This document shows positions 8,679 to 16,485 of a DNA stretch of 64,000 nt, in pieces (within the stretch, counting starts at the first letter, position 1; each line of letters begins with the position of its first letter). The notes below the pieces were generated by a model. The model was not told the DNA's origin and searched no databases. It saw nothing but the letters and a program-made list of their open reading frames with translations. Both the position numbers and the translations under genes were made by a program. This stretch comes from a virus (taxonomy: Duplodnaviria; Caudoviricetes): positions 32,001 to 96,000 of IMG/VR virus record IMGVR_UViG_3300000439_000009; one strand, written 5' to 3'.

Positions 8679-8751
8679 CCCCCTCGGCACGATTCGAACG
8701 TGCGACGCAGGCCTTAGAAGAGCCTCGCTCTATCCTCTGAGCTACGAAGGG
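8679..8751 (-). tRNA. tRNA-Arg(UCU)
   Basis: AGGCT-CTTCTAA-GGCCT, TTCGAAT loop. Confidence 0.9.
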
Positions 8752-8758
8752 AAACCTA

Positions 8759-9283
8759 TTAAAGTGTTGCGCCACCAATTGGTCGTGCACACGCTGTCTT
8801 TTCACCAGTTTGCAATGCATCTAGAATACGCAATGTTTCTTCTGGATTACGTCCTGTGTCAAGATTATTAATTGTTACATGCTGAATAACATCATTATCA
8901 TCAACAATAAATGTCGCACGAAGTGCTACTCCGCCAGATGTTAAAATGTTTAACTGCTTTGCCAAGCCAAGTTCAAGATTCTGATCTGCAAACATAGTTG
9001 ATCTAATATTAGTTAATTGTGGGTCAGCTTGCTTCCATGCAATCTTAACATATTCATTATCAACTGATCCAATTAAAAGCTTTGCATTTCTTAAGCCAAA
9101 CTGTTCATGCAAAGAATCATAGCCAACAATTTCTGTTGGGCAAACAAATGTGAAGTCTTTTGGATAAAAAACAATAACTTTCCATTTGCGTCCAAATGTA
9201 TTGTTAGTTATTTCAAAAAAAGAATTATCTGCTCTGACTCCAGTAATCTTAAAGTCAGGCAACTTATTTCCTACTGTGTACAT
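8759..9283 (-). CDS. ahpC: AhpC-type 2-Cys peroxiredoxin
   Basis: FYPKDFTFVCPTE, LRATFIVD, GRNPEE.LR, resolving Cys; true start MYTVG because the longer ORF overlaps tRNA-Asp. Confidence 0.95.
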   Translation of the reverse strand: MYTVGNKLPDFKITGVRADNSFFEITNNTFGRKWKVIVFYPKDFTFVCPTEIVGYDSLHEQFGLRNAKLLIGSVDNEYVKIAWKQADPQLTNIRSTMFADQNLELGLAKQLNILTSGGVALRATFIVDDNDVIQHVTINNLDTGRNPEETLRILDALQTGEKTACARPIGGATL

Positions 9284-9315
9284 ACTACTCCTTATATAAG
9301 AAGGCTTGCGCCTTG

Positions 9316-9389
9316 CGATCTCAACGGGACTTGAACCCGCAACCTCCACCGTGACAGGGTGGCGATCTAACCAATTGATCTATGAGATC
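9316..9389 (-). tRNA. tRNA-Asp(GUC)
   Basis: CCACC-CTGTCAC-GGTGG, TTCAAGT loop. Confidence 0.9.
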
Positions 9390-9393
9390 CTAG

Positions 9394-9467
9394 TGGAACA
9401 GGTCAGACTTGAACTGACGATTACCGAATTATGAGTTCGGGGCTTTGACCAACTAAGCTACTGTTCC
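9394..9467 (-). tRNA. tRNA with CAU anticodon (elongator Met or Ile2)
   Basis: CCGAA-CTCATAA-TTCGG; G1-C72 is paired, so not initiator. Confidence 0.85.
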
Positions 9468-9468
9468 T

Positions 9469-9545
9469 TGGTAGAATGTTTGCGAATTGAACGCAACTCT
9501 AGGGAGGATATAAGCCACCATCTGACCACCAGCCAGCCACATTCC
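9469..9545 (-). tRNA. Atypical tRNA-Ile(UAU)
   Basis: Acceptor GGAATGT/ACATTCT, ACCA end, loop CTTATAT, T-arm TTGCG-TTCAATT-CGCAA; U-U mismatch in anticodon stem, G8. Confidence 0.65.
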
Positions 9546-9546
9546 G

Positions 9547-9619
9547 CTGGGGAAACAGGGCTCGAACCTGTGACCTAGGCATTAACAGTGCCCCGCTCTG
9601 CCGACTGAGCTATTCCCCA
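9547..9619 (-). tRNA. tRNA-Asn(GUU)
   Basis: GGGCA-CTGTTAA-TGCCT, TTCGAGC loop. Confidence 0.9.
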
Positions 9620-9623
9620 AAAA

Positions 9624-10211
9624 TTAAAATGGAACTTTTTCCATTATTGATTCGTCTATTTCACAAACAATGTTTATTACTACTGAAGATCTAAAATCAG
9701 ATTCTTTTGGATATTCCCAATTGTGAAAAATATCTCCATCAAAAAATAAAGCATACCCAGCTTTTGGTTCAAAAGATTTGAACAATGTTAAACTGTTTGG
9801 ATCAACTTCTTCTCCAGTATATCTTTTATCGTAAAGGTTTGTATTTCCTTCAGAATCATTAACATAATACACGAAAGTGTAATGTTTTTCAACTCTTCTT
9901 AAATCTACGTGAGGATCCATAGGTCTTTGTTCTTTAGATCTAAATGTAAGATTTCCTCTTTGCCTAAGTATTTTTTTAATTTTTACATTATTTTTTTCTG
10001 CAAATTTATTAATTAAAAAGGTAGCAAAATTTAAATCAAGAAAATCAACAACCATTATTCCATTATCAGAAAAATTATTGCTAGTTAAACCAACAACATT
10101 ATCTTTAGCTGCGCCTATTGATTCTATGAATCTATATTTTTGAGAAAATAAAAAATTTCTTGCATATATAACTTCTTCTTCTGTTAAAAAGTTATTTACA
10201 TAAAGATACAT
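9624..10211 (-). CDS. 2OG-Fe(II) oxygenase
   Basis: PHVD (HxD), YYVNDSEGNT, FFDGDIFH, R.S.VIN. Confidence 0.85.
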   Translation of the reverse strand: MYLYVNNFLTEEEVIYARNFLFSQKYRFIESIGAAKDNVVGLTSNNFSDNGIMVVDFLDLNFATFLINKFAEKNNVKIKKILRQRGNLTFRSKEQRPMDPHVDLRRVEKHYTFVYYVNDSEGNTNLYDKRYTGEEVDPNSLTLFKSFEPKAGYALFFDGDIFHNWEYPKESDFRSSVVINIVCEIDESIMEKVPF

Positions 10212-10230
10212 TTTGTTCCTTTAATTAAAG

Positions 10231-10348
10231 GTACGGTAAGCAAATTTCCTAACTGCATGAATGACCCAGATCCACCACGAATCCCATACCAGGTCTCATG
10301 TATGTAATATGTAACTATTCCATCCTAAGAAAGTGTTGCTTACCGTAC
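10231..10348 (-). ncRNA. Putative 118-nt structured RNA or 5' leader
   Basis: 13-bp perfect terminal stem GTACGGTAAGCAA/TTGCTTACCGTAC plus inner stems; begins at the predicted TSS. Confidence 0.6.
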
Positions 10349-10355
10349 TATGTAT

Positions 10356-10385
10356 ATTATACTAGGTGGTTATTTATTATGTCAA
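10356..10385 (-). promoter_or_regulatory. Sigma70/SigA promoter for the structured RNA and tRNA cluster
   Basis: TTGACA-18 nt-TATAAT. Confidence 0.75.
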
Positions 10386-10802
10386 CTATTTGATTTTGAT
10401 TTGCTTTGGTTTTTTTGCTTCTGGTACTTCTCTTTCAAGCATAATACAAAGCATTCCATTTTCAACTTCTGCACTCTTGACTTCGATATATTCAGCTAAT
10501 GAAAATGTGCGGGTAAATTTACGTGTTGCAATCCCCTTGTGAATAAACTTATCTTCTTTATCTGTTTCAATATCTCCTTTTACAGTAAGAGTTTGATCTT
10601 CTACAGATACGGATAGGTCATCTTTTGAGAATCCCGCCACCGCTATATCAATACAGAAGTTATCATCATCAATTTTAATGATGTTAAATGGTGGGTATGA
10701 TTGATTAATTGCGTTTTGATGAACTTGATTCATCTGTGCTATTTGGCGATTGTAGCCAATAAAAAAAGGATCATTAAAAAGATCCCATAGGTTGTTTGTC
10801 AT
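10386..10802 (-). CDS. Small heat-shock protein Hsp20 (IbpA-like)
   Basis: YPPFNI, IAVAGFSKDDL, HKGIATRKFTRTF, NGML.I.L. Confidence 0.95.
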   Translation of the reverse strand: MTNNLWDLFNDPFFIGYNRQIAQMNQVHQNAINQSYPPFNIIKIDDDNFCIDIAVAGFSKDDLSVSVEDQTLTVKGDIETDKEDKFIHKGIATRKFTRTFSLAEYIEVKSAEVENGMLCIMLEREVPEAKKPKQIKIK

Positions 10803-10856
10803 AATTTGCTCCTTTTAAGCGAGTTATTTAAATTCAGGCCCCCATAGGCAACCTGT
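10803..10856 (-). promoter_or_regulatory. ROSE-like thermometer in the hsp20 5' UTR
   Basis: Upstream hairpin plus CUCGCUU pairing with SD AAGGAG with a bulged G. Confidence 0.5.
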
Positions 10857-10888
10857 ATATACATTATATCAAACTGTTAGAGTTATTG

Positions 10889-11941
10889 TCAAATAGTTGT
10901 GTTATTAGAAGATCTGTTCCCGTACCCCACAGATGGCTTGCCATCATTTTCATATGTCGCTCTTGACGGGAAATAGTATCTTGCATCTTGATCCTGTGAA
11001 TTAAAATCAGGACCCATTTGACCTTTATTAGATGGAACAAATACACCAGACCAAATTGATTCGCCCTTTTCCATCTTATTTTCTCTTTCAACAATTGCAC
11101 GAGACCATGCAAATCCTGCATCTCCGCCCCATGCGTACCACATAACTTTACCATGTGAAGGCTTATCCCACTCTTTACCCTGCTTGTCAACTTCATGGCG
11201 TGAGAAGAATGAATACATACGCTTTACAGTATCAAGACTTAAAGACTCTCCATTAACAATTTGACGGGCTCTGCCCCAACCTACGGCTGTACCAGCTCCA
11301 GTTGCCTTGCCATCTTCTTTCCATTTAATTGCTTTGTGTGCTGCAGCCTTCATACCTGCATTTGGCTTATAGCCAGAATCTGATTTCTTTACTTCTTTAG
11401 GAATGCAATCTGGAACAGTTTTACCATTCTTTTCTTTTGTACCCGCATACTCATAACCATCCCAGCAAGGACCTTGACCCTTGGTCATGCAACTTAAACA
11501 TTTTTCTTCATCAGAAATATAATGATGATCATTTCCTAAATCATCACATCCGCATGTCATACATTTATTCACTACGTTATTCTCCTTATATTCCTCTGGA
11601 GTTTTAGTTGTCCTAACTTCATCGCTGAGTAGGTCTATTTTGGGGTTATCTAGGCCTTTGAGAGCCTCTTCTGCTTCTGCCCTAGTCAAGTAGCAGCCTA
11701 TTGATTGACCCGTTCCAGACTTCATTATAGCATATCCATGCTGACAATCTGGAGTATTAAATTCAATTGACCAGCCGTCTCCACCTGTAAATATCATTTT
11801 CTTTACATCTGGCACGTTTGTATATAAAGCACCTAATTGTGCCTGGGCCTGGGCTTTAGACGGATGTGTTCCAACAACCTTACCAGTAGCAGTAACTACT
11901 ACTTGATACTTGTTACCTTCACGTCTGATATTATATGGCAT
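10889..11941 (-). CDS. Multi-module protein, candidate head-internal polyprotein
   Basis: Two related N-terminal modules, CMTCGC, CWDGY..VPDC module, RMYSFFSRH..WGGDAG domain, IWSGVF motif; leaderless promoter. Confidence 0.75.
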   Translation of the reverse strand: MPYNIRREGNKYQVVVTATGKVVGTHPSKAQAQAQLGALYTNVPDVKKMIFTGGDGWSIEFNTPDCQHGYAIMKSGTGQSIGCYLTRAEAEEALKGLDNPKIDLLSDEVRTTKTPEEYKENNVVNKCMTCGCDDLGNDHHYISDEEKCLSCMTKGQGPCWDGYEYAGTKEKNGKTVPDCIPKEVKKSDSGYKPNAGMKAAAHKAIKWKEDGKATGAGTAVGWGRARQIVNGESLSLDTVKRMYSFFSRHEVDKQGKEWDKPSHGKVMWYAWGGDAGFAWSRAIVERENKMEKGESIWSGVFVPSNKGQMGPDFNSQDQDARYYFPSRATYENDGKPSVGYGNRSSNNTTI

Positions 11942-11962
11942 ATGACAATTATACCGTATTTA

Positions 11963-12211
11963 CTATAATCCAGCCAATATTTCATCATCTGGAGTATCTG
12001 GGTTATTTTCTGTATAAAGAGCTTTAAGAGTCTTTTTATTTTCTACTCTTTGAACAGATTCTCCCATACCTATGACAAACATAATTGTTGGAATAATTAT
12101 ATCTATGGGTATATTAGGAAAGCTTTTATTTAAATAAATAATTAAAGCAGAAATATACCCAGATACTCGTGAGGGATGTTTTCTAAGATATTTAGATATT
12201 TTATGCAACAT
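11963..12211 (-). CDS. Small membrane protein
   Basis: Two hydrophobic segments. Confidence 0.6.
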   Translation of the reverse strand: MLHKISKYLRKHPSRVSGYISALIIYLNKSFPNIPIDIIIPTIMFVIGMGESVQRVENKKTLKALYTENNPDTPDDEILAGL

Positions 12212-12573
12212 TAATCTCCTAATGAAGTTTTATTATCTACTGCTGAAAATGAAGCATTAATTTCATCTATGGTTAATTTACCATCATCCATAAATCCACG
12301 TGCTAAACCTTCAACAACTTTTGCTACACCTAAAGTTCCCGCCATAAAAACAGCTGTTAAAGTTTTAATTCCAAAAATGGAACCTGCCCCTATGACTGAA
12401 AGACCAGTTGCTGCAAATACTGCTAATATTCTCATAATGATATTATTAACACTTGCTATTACACCACTTCCAACTTGTTGTGGGATATCTGCAGGTGTTA
12501 ATGGCTTTGCTGCTATCGCTGCTGCTTCGGCTTTAATTTTATTTATTGCATATGTTGGTTCTAATTGAGACAT
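12211..12573 (-). CDS. Membrane protein with DGKLTIDEI motif
   Basis: Two TM helices, EF-hand-like acidic tail. Confidence 0.65.
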   Translation of the reverse strand: MSQLEPTYAINKIKAEAAAIAAKPLTPADIPQQVGSGVIASVNNIIMRILAVFAATGLSVIGAGSIFGIKTLTAVFMAGTLGVAKVVEGLARGFMDDGKLTIDEINASFSAVDNKTSLGD

Positions 12574-12577
12574 ATTT

Positions 12578-12760
12578 TTACTCCTTTCCCTTTGGATTTC
12601 TTAATCTAAATGTTGCAATCCACAAGAAGATAGAAATAAGAATTGCATCTCCAACAACTGTCTTTGCGGATCCCGTCAAAACTAGCCACGCAGAGAATAG
12701 ACCAACGAAAGTCCAAATCTGATTGGCTAGGTCTGACATTAAACCTTTAATTAGTTTCAT
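12578..12760 (-). CDS. Small 2-TM membrane protein
   Basis: Hydrophobic; ATGA-coupled to the upstream gene. Confidence 0.65.
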   Translation of the reverse strand: MKLIKGLMSDLANQIWTFVGLFSAWLVLTGSAKTVVGDAILISIFLWIATFRLRNPKGKE

Positions 12761-15537
12761 TTGCCGAACCTCCTTCTAAGTGCTGCTATTTGTCCTACGA
12801 CAAGTGTAGTCACTAAGATTTTTTTAGCTTTCTTTCTTGTTACAGGCGACATATCATTGCCAATATTAGCCATTGCAACAAATGCTTGATTGATTGCTTG
12901 CACTCCAGGAACTGAAGCAAGTGTACCAGTTATTGGGGTTAATACCACAGGGACAGCAACATCTGGAGCATTAAAACTATCTCCCCCTGGTTGACCGATA
13001 AATGTATCAGCAGTAGTGATTGCATCTGCAGGAATAGGTAAACCAGATCCTGGAGGTGGGGCAGGAGGTGTAAGATGACCATCTTCTCCAACAACTTGAG
13101 GTGCACTTTGTGTACCAAAGAATTGAATACCGCCATTTTCTACTCCTTTTACATCTACTTGAATATGTGGAACTAAAACTTCTGCTGGAGCAGGCTTTGG
13201 AATGTCAGTTGGCAGTTGTGCGGGATTGTTTGGAACGACGCCAGTTGATGCCACTAACGCTTTGTCTGCTGCTACTTTGTCTGCTGCTACTTTGTCTGCT
13301 GCTTGATGTGCAGCTTTATCTGCTTCTGCTTTAGCAGCATCAGCTTTTGCCTGTGCATCTTTTTGTGCTTGTATAGCAGCATCCTGTGCGGCTTTTGCAT
13401 CTTTTGCTTGTTGCTCTTTAGCTGCTTGTTCAGCAGCAATTCTATCCGCTTCTGCTTTTTGTTTATCTGCTTCTGCTTTAGCATTTGCAGATTCTTGTGC
13501 AGCTTTTGCTGCCTCATCTTTAGCTTTTTGTTCTGCTAGTGCAGCATCTTGTTCGGCTTTTGCTTTTGCGTCCGCCTCTGCTTTAGCAGCGTCTGCTGCT
13601 GCTTGAGCATCTTTTGCTGCTTGAATTTTTGCGTCTTCTGCTGCTTTGTCTGCTGCTGCTTGTGCTTCTTTGGCTGCTTGTTCAGCAGCAATACGTGCAT
13701 CTTCTGCAGCCTTGGCTTCCGCTGCTGCTTTTTCATTTGCTGCTTGCTGTGCAGTTGCTGCTGCATCTGCTGCAGCTTTATCTGCTGCTGCTTGTTCTGC
13801 CAATGCTTGTGCTCTTGCTGCCCTAGCTTCTGCATCTGCTTTTTGTTGTGCAGCTAATGCTGCGTCAGATGCTGCTTTATCGGCTGCTGCTTGTGCTATT
13901 GCAGCTTGACGATCTGTTTCTGCTTTAATTGCTGCTTGTCTTGCAGCCTCTGCCTCTGCAGCAAGTCTTGCTTGTTCTGCATAATAATCTTGTGTAACAG
14001 TAACTGCATTTCCAGTAGCAGTATTTGCATCTTGAACAGCAACAGTTGCAGTATCTGCAAGAGAGTTAGCAGTTTGCAATGTAGCATTTGCTGTATTTTG
14101 AGCATCTGTTAAATTTTGTTTTTGTATAGACAAATTTTCCTGTGCTGTTGTTAGATCTCTTTGTGCTAAATTATATGCTTGTTGTGCTGCATCTATAACA
14201 GATTGTTGGGCATTTACATCATTAACTGCATCGTGAAGTGCTTGTACTGCTTGTGCTACTACCTGTGCTTGTGCATCATATGCATTTTGAGCAGAAGTTA
14301 AATTAATTTGTGCTGTAGATACTGAAGCGGTCAATGTTGGATTTGGAGCAGAAGTAGTAGATATTACATGACTAAAATTAGTTGATGTAGGGGATGTAAA
14401 ATATTGATTATTAATCATATAACCTAAAGTTACTCCAGCACCTCCGCCATTTTCATAATACCAAAGAATAATATCTTGCGTTGTGCCAGCGGTAATATCA
14501 AATGATTGACTATAAGGACTCCAAGCTAATCCTTGATCTCTCCAGTTATTAATAACTAAATTACCATCAATATAAAGTTTTGATCCATCGTCTGAGTAAA
14601 CAGCATATTTAACAACTGTTGCATCTGACGGTAATGTAATCTTGCCTTCAAATTTTACAATTACATGATCTGATAATCCAGAATTAAGTATTTGACCACT
14701 TCCCCAATTATAAGTAATCTGAGGTACTGTCAGAACCTCTACTGGAGTAGCATTTGCAGCGGGGAGTGCAGGAGAGGCACCATTTGCTGCATGATAAACT
14801 GTTGCTATAAGTCCTGGTTGAGTAACATCAACAGTTGTTAATGGAGCAGAATTCAGTGCAGTTTGGGCATTTGTTAAATCAGTTTGGGCATTATTTAGGT
14901 CTGTTGATTTTTGATCAAAGGTAGAATTTTCAGCATTTGCTGTAGATTGTGCATTTGATGCAGTAGATTGTAAATCTGGCAACTTAGCAGTTTCGGTTGT
15001 TAGAATAGTTTGAGCATCAACCGCTTTAACTGTAGCGGTATCTACAGTAGTAACGGCTTGCGTTACTATTGCTGTTTGTGTATCCACTGTAGCAATTGCT
15101 GTTTGTGCAACCTGTGTTGCAGCTGTAGCAGAATCAATTGTTTGTTGAGCTATTTGAATTTTAGTATTTGCTTCAGCAACAGCAGATGCCATGGGTTCTT
15201 GTGTAGTAGCTATAGAAATTGCTGTTGAGGTATCTGTATTGGGAACGTTTGCTTGAATTGTTGAAATTATTGCATTCCCGTTTGCTTCTGAAGTTGTTTG
15301 AAGGCTTGAAATGGCTGCATTAATTTTATTTTCTATAACAGCAACTGTAACAGTTGATGTATCAATAACAGCATTTACTGTTGAAGTATCTGTTATAGCA
15401 ATTGGAATATCTGAGACGGGTTGGGAAGTATCTGTGGCAACGGGTGCATCATCGGCATGTGCTTTATTAGACGGGAAAAGAAATAGCAACCCTGTTATAA
15501 ACAAGGCTGCTATTATAAATTTAATCTTTCTGGTCAT
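12757..15537 (-). CDS. Large secreted/surface protein: PA14 domain in a long coiled-coil stalk with C-terminal anchor
   Basis: Signal peptide ending AHA; NWGSG..SDDGSKLYIDGNLVINNW.DQG..YYENGGGA (PA14); A/Q/K/E heptads; hydrophobic plus RRR C-terminus. Confidence 0.8.
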   Translation of the reverse strand: MTRKIKFIIAALFITGLLFLFPSNKAHADDAPVATDTSQPVSDIPIAITDTSTVNAVIDTSTVTVAVIENKINAAISSLQTTSEANGNAIISTIQANVPNTDTSTAISIATTQEPMASAVAEANTKIQIAQQTIDSATAATQVAQTAIATVDTQTAIVTQAVTTVDTATVKAVDAQTILTTETAKLPDLQSTASNAQSTANAENSTFDQKSTDLNNAQTDLTNAQTALNSAPLTTVDVTQPGLIATVYHAANGASPALPAANATPVEVLTVPQITYNWGSGQILNSGLSDHVIVKFEGKITLPSDATVVKYAVYSDDGSKLYIDGNLVINNWRDQGLAWSPYSQSFDITAGTTQDIILWYYENGGGAGVTLGYMINNQYFTSPTSTNFSHVISTTSAPNPTLTASVSTAQINLTSAQNAYDAQAQVVAQAVQALHDAVNDVNAQQSVIDAAQQAYNLAQRDLTTAQENLSIQKQNLTDAQNTANATLQTANSLADTATVAVQDANTATGNAVTVTQDYYAEQARLAAEAEAARQAAIKAETDRQAAIAQAAADKAASDAALAAQQKADAEARAARAQALAEQAAADKAAADAAATAQQAANEKAAAEAKAAEDARIAAEQAAKEAQAAADKAAEDAKIQAAKDAQAAADAAKAEADAKAKAEQDAALAEQKAKDEAAKAAQESANAKAEADKQKAEADRIAAEQAAKEQQAKDAKAAQDAAIQAQKDAQAKADAAKAEADKAAHQAADKVAADKVAADKALVASTGVVPNNPAQLPTDIPKPAPAEVLVPHIQVDVKGVENGGIQFFGTQSAPQVVGEDGHLTPPAPPPGSGLPIPADAITTADTFIGQPGGDSFNAPDVAVPVVLTPITGTLASVPGVQAINQAFVAMANIGNDMSPVTRKKAKKILVTTLVVGQIAALRRRFGK

Positions 15538-15600
15538 TTAGACCTCCACGTAGAAGCGTCTACATGGCTATTATACCAGAATGACTACTTAATTAGTTAT

Positions 15601-16149
15601 TTATGCTGAATACTTTGGACGACCAAAGCCAACAACAGTTGCCCATAGGTGTTTTCCATTATTTACTCTGTAACCACGAACATTAGAACATACTTCTCCA
15701 CCATTATCAGGGCTTCCTGAAGGCTTATGATCTGGAGATGTATTTCCTTCTACAGTTGTAATTGTACCGTCTCCATTATTGTGCAGAACAACACCTACAT
15801 GCTGTACTGGACTTGTTGGCAATGCATGTGGAATAAACGAGAAGAAGATTAAATCTCCTGGTTGCGGGGTGCCAGTATTGGGATCAATAATTTCTCCTGC
15901 TGTTTTGAAAGCAGCATACCCTGCTGGTGTATAAACAACATTTGGGATTGTTACGCCCGACTGGTGGGCGCACCAGTTCATGAAACTTCCGCACCATGCC
16001 TGTCCGTCATGTCCTGTAAACTTGCCATAATCTGTTTCGTTATCTTTTGGTCCTTCAACAACGCCAACTTGCGACATTGCTACTTCTAAAAATCTTGCAG
16101 CAGATCCTTGTGGATGTACTGTTACTGGTGGAACTGGTCTTGATGCCAT
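15601..16149 (-). CDS. CHAP-domain endolysin
   Basis: AWCGSF, PGDLIFF, HVGVV, TVEGNT, GFGRP. Confidence 0.88.
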   Translation of the reverse strand: MASRPVPPVTVHPQGSAARFLEVAMSQVGVVEGPKDNETDYGKFTGHDGQAWCGSFMNWCAHQSGVTIPNVVYTPAGYAAFKTAGEIIDPNTGTPQPGDLIFFSFIPHALPTSPVQHVGVVLHNNGDGTITTVEGNTSPDHKPSGSPDNGGEVCSNVRGYRVNNGKHLWATVVGFGRPKYSA

Positions 16150-16424
16150 TATTTTACCTCTTTCGTGTGAAATACATTCACTTTAATTTTATTTTTAAAC
16201 GATTTAGCTTCTGATATCCACTTATTAATATTAAATAAATATACAGAAATATAAATTGTGGAGCCAAATATAAAGCCCCACTGTTTAGTTTGAATACTAT
16301 ATGCTACCCAAGCACATTCTGTACAGATACCGACTGCGTATCCCCGCCAATTTTTACGTCCAGTAAGATATATACCAACAACTCCGATTGCTGATAAAGC
16401 CCATGACCATATTTGTGTATTCAT
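16149..16424 (-). CDS. Short PnuC-like membrane protein
   Basis: WSWALSAIGVVGIYL.GRKNWRG...W..Y; GGAGG RBS before MNTQ. Confidence 0.6.
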   Translation of the reverse strand: MNTQIWSWALSAIGVVGIYLTGRKNWRGYAVGICTECAWVAYSIQTKQWGFIFGSTIYISVYLFNINKWISEAKSFKNKIKVNVFHTKEVK

Positions 16425-16442
16425 TCTACCTCCTATTATACC

Positions 16443-16472
16443 AAAAGGGCGGAACAATTAAGTTCCGCCCCC
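16443..16472 (-). terminator. Intrinsic terminator
   Basis: GGGCGGAAC-..-GTTCCGCCC followed by TTTT. Confidence 0.75.
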
Positions 16473-16485
16473 AAGGTTGTATTAT

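Noticed and set aside
8505-8871. ORFs 8505-8690, 8611-8871 and the 5' extension of ahpC to 9349
   Set aside because: They overlap well-formed tRNA genes
12939-14112. Many overlapping alternative-frame and plus-strand ORFs
   Set aside because: Shadows of the low-complexity GCA/GCT-rich coiled-coil gene; the same applies to plus-strand ORFs elsewhere
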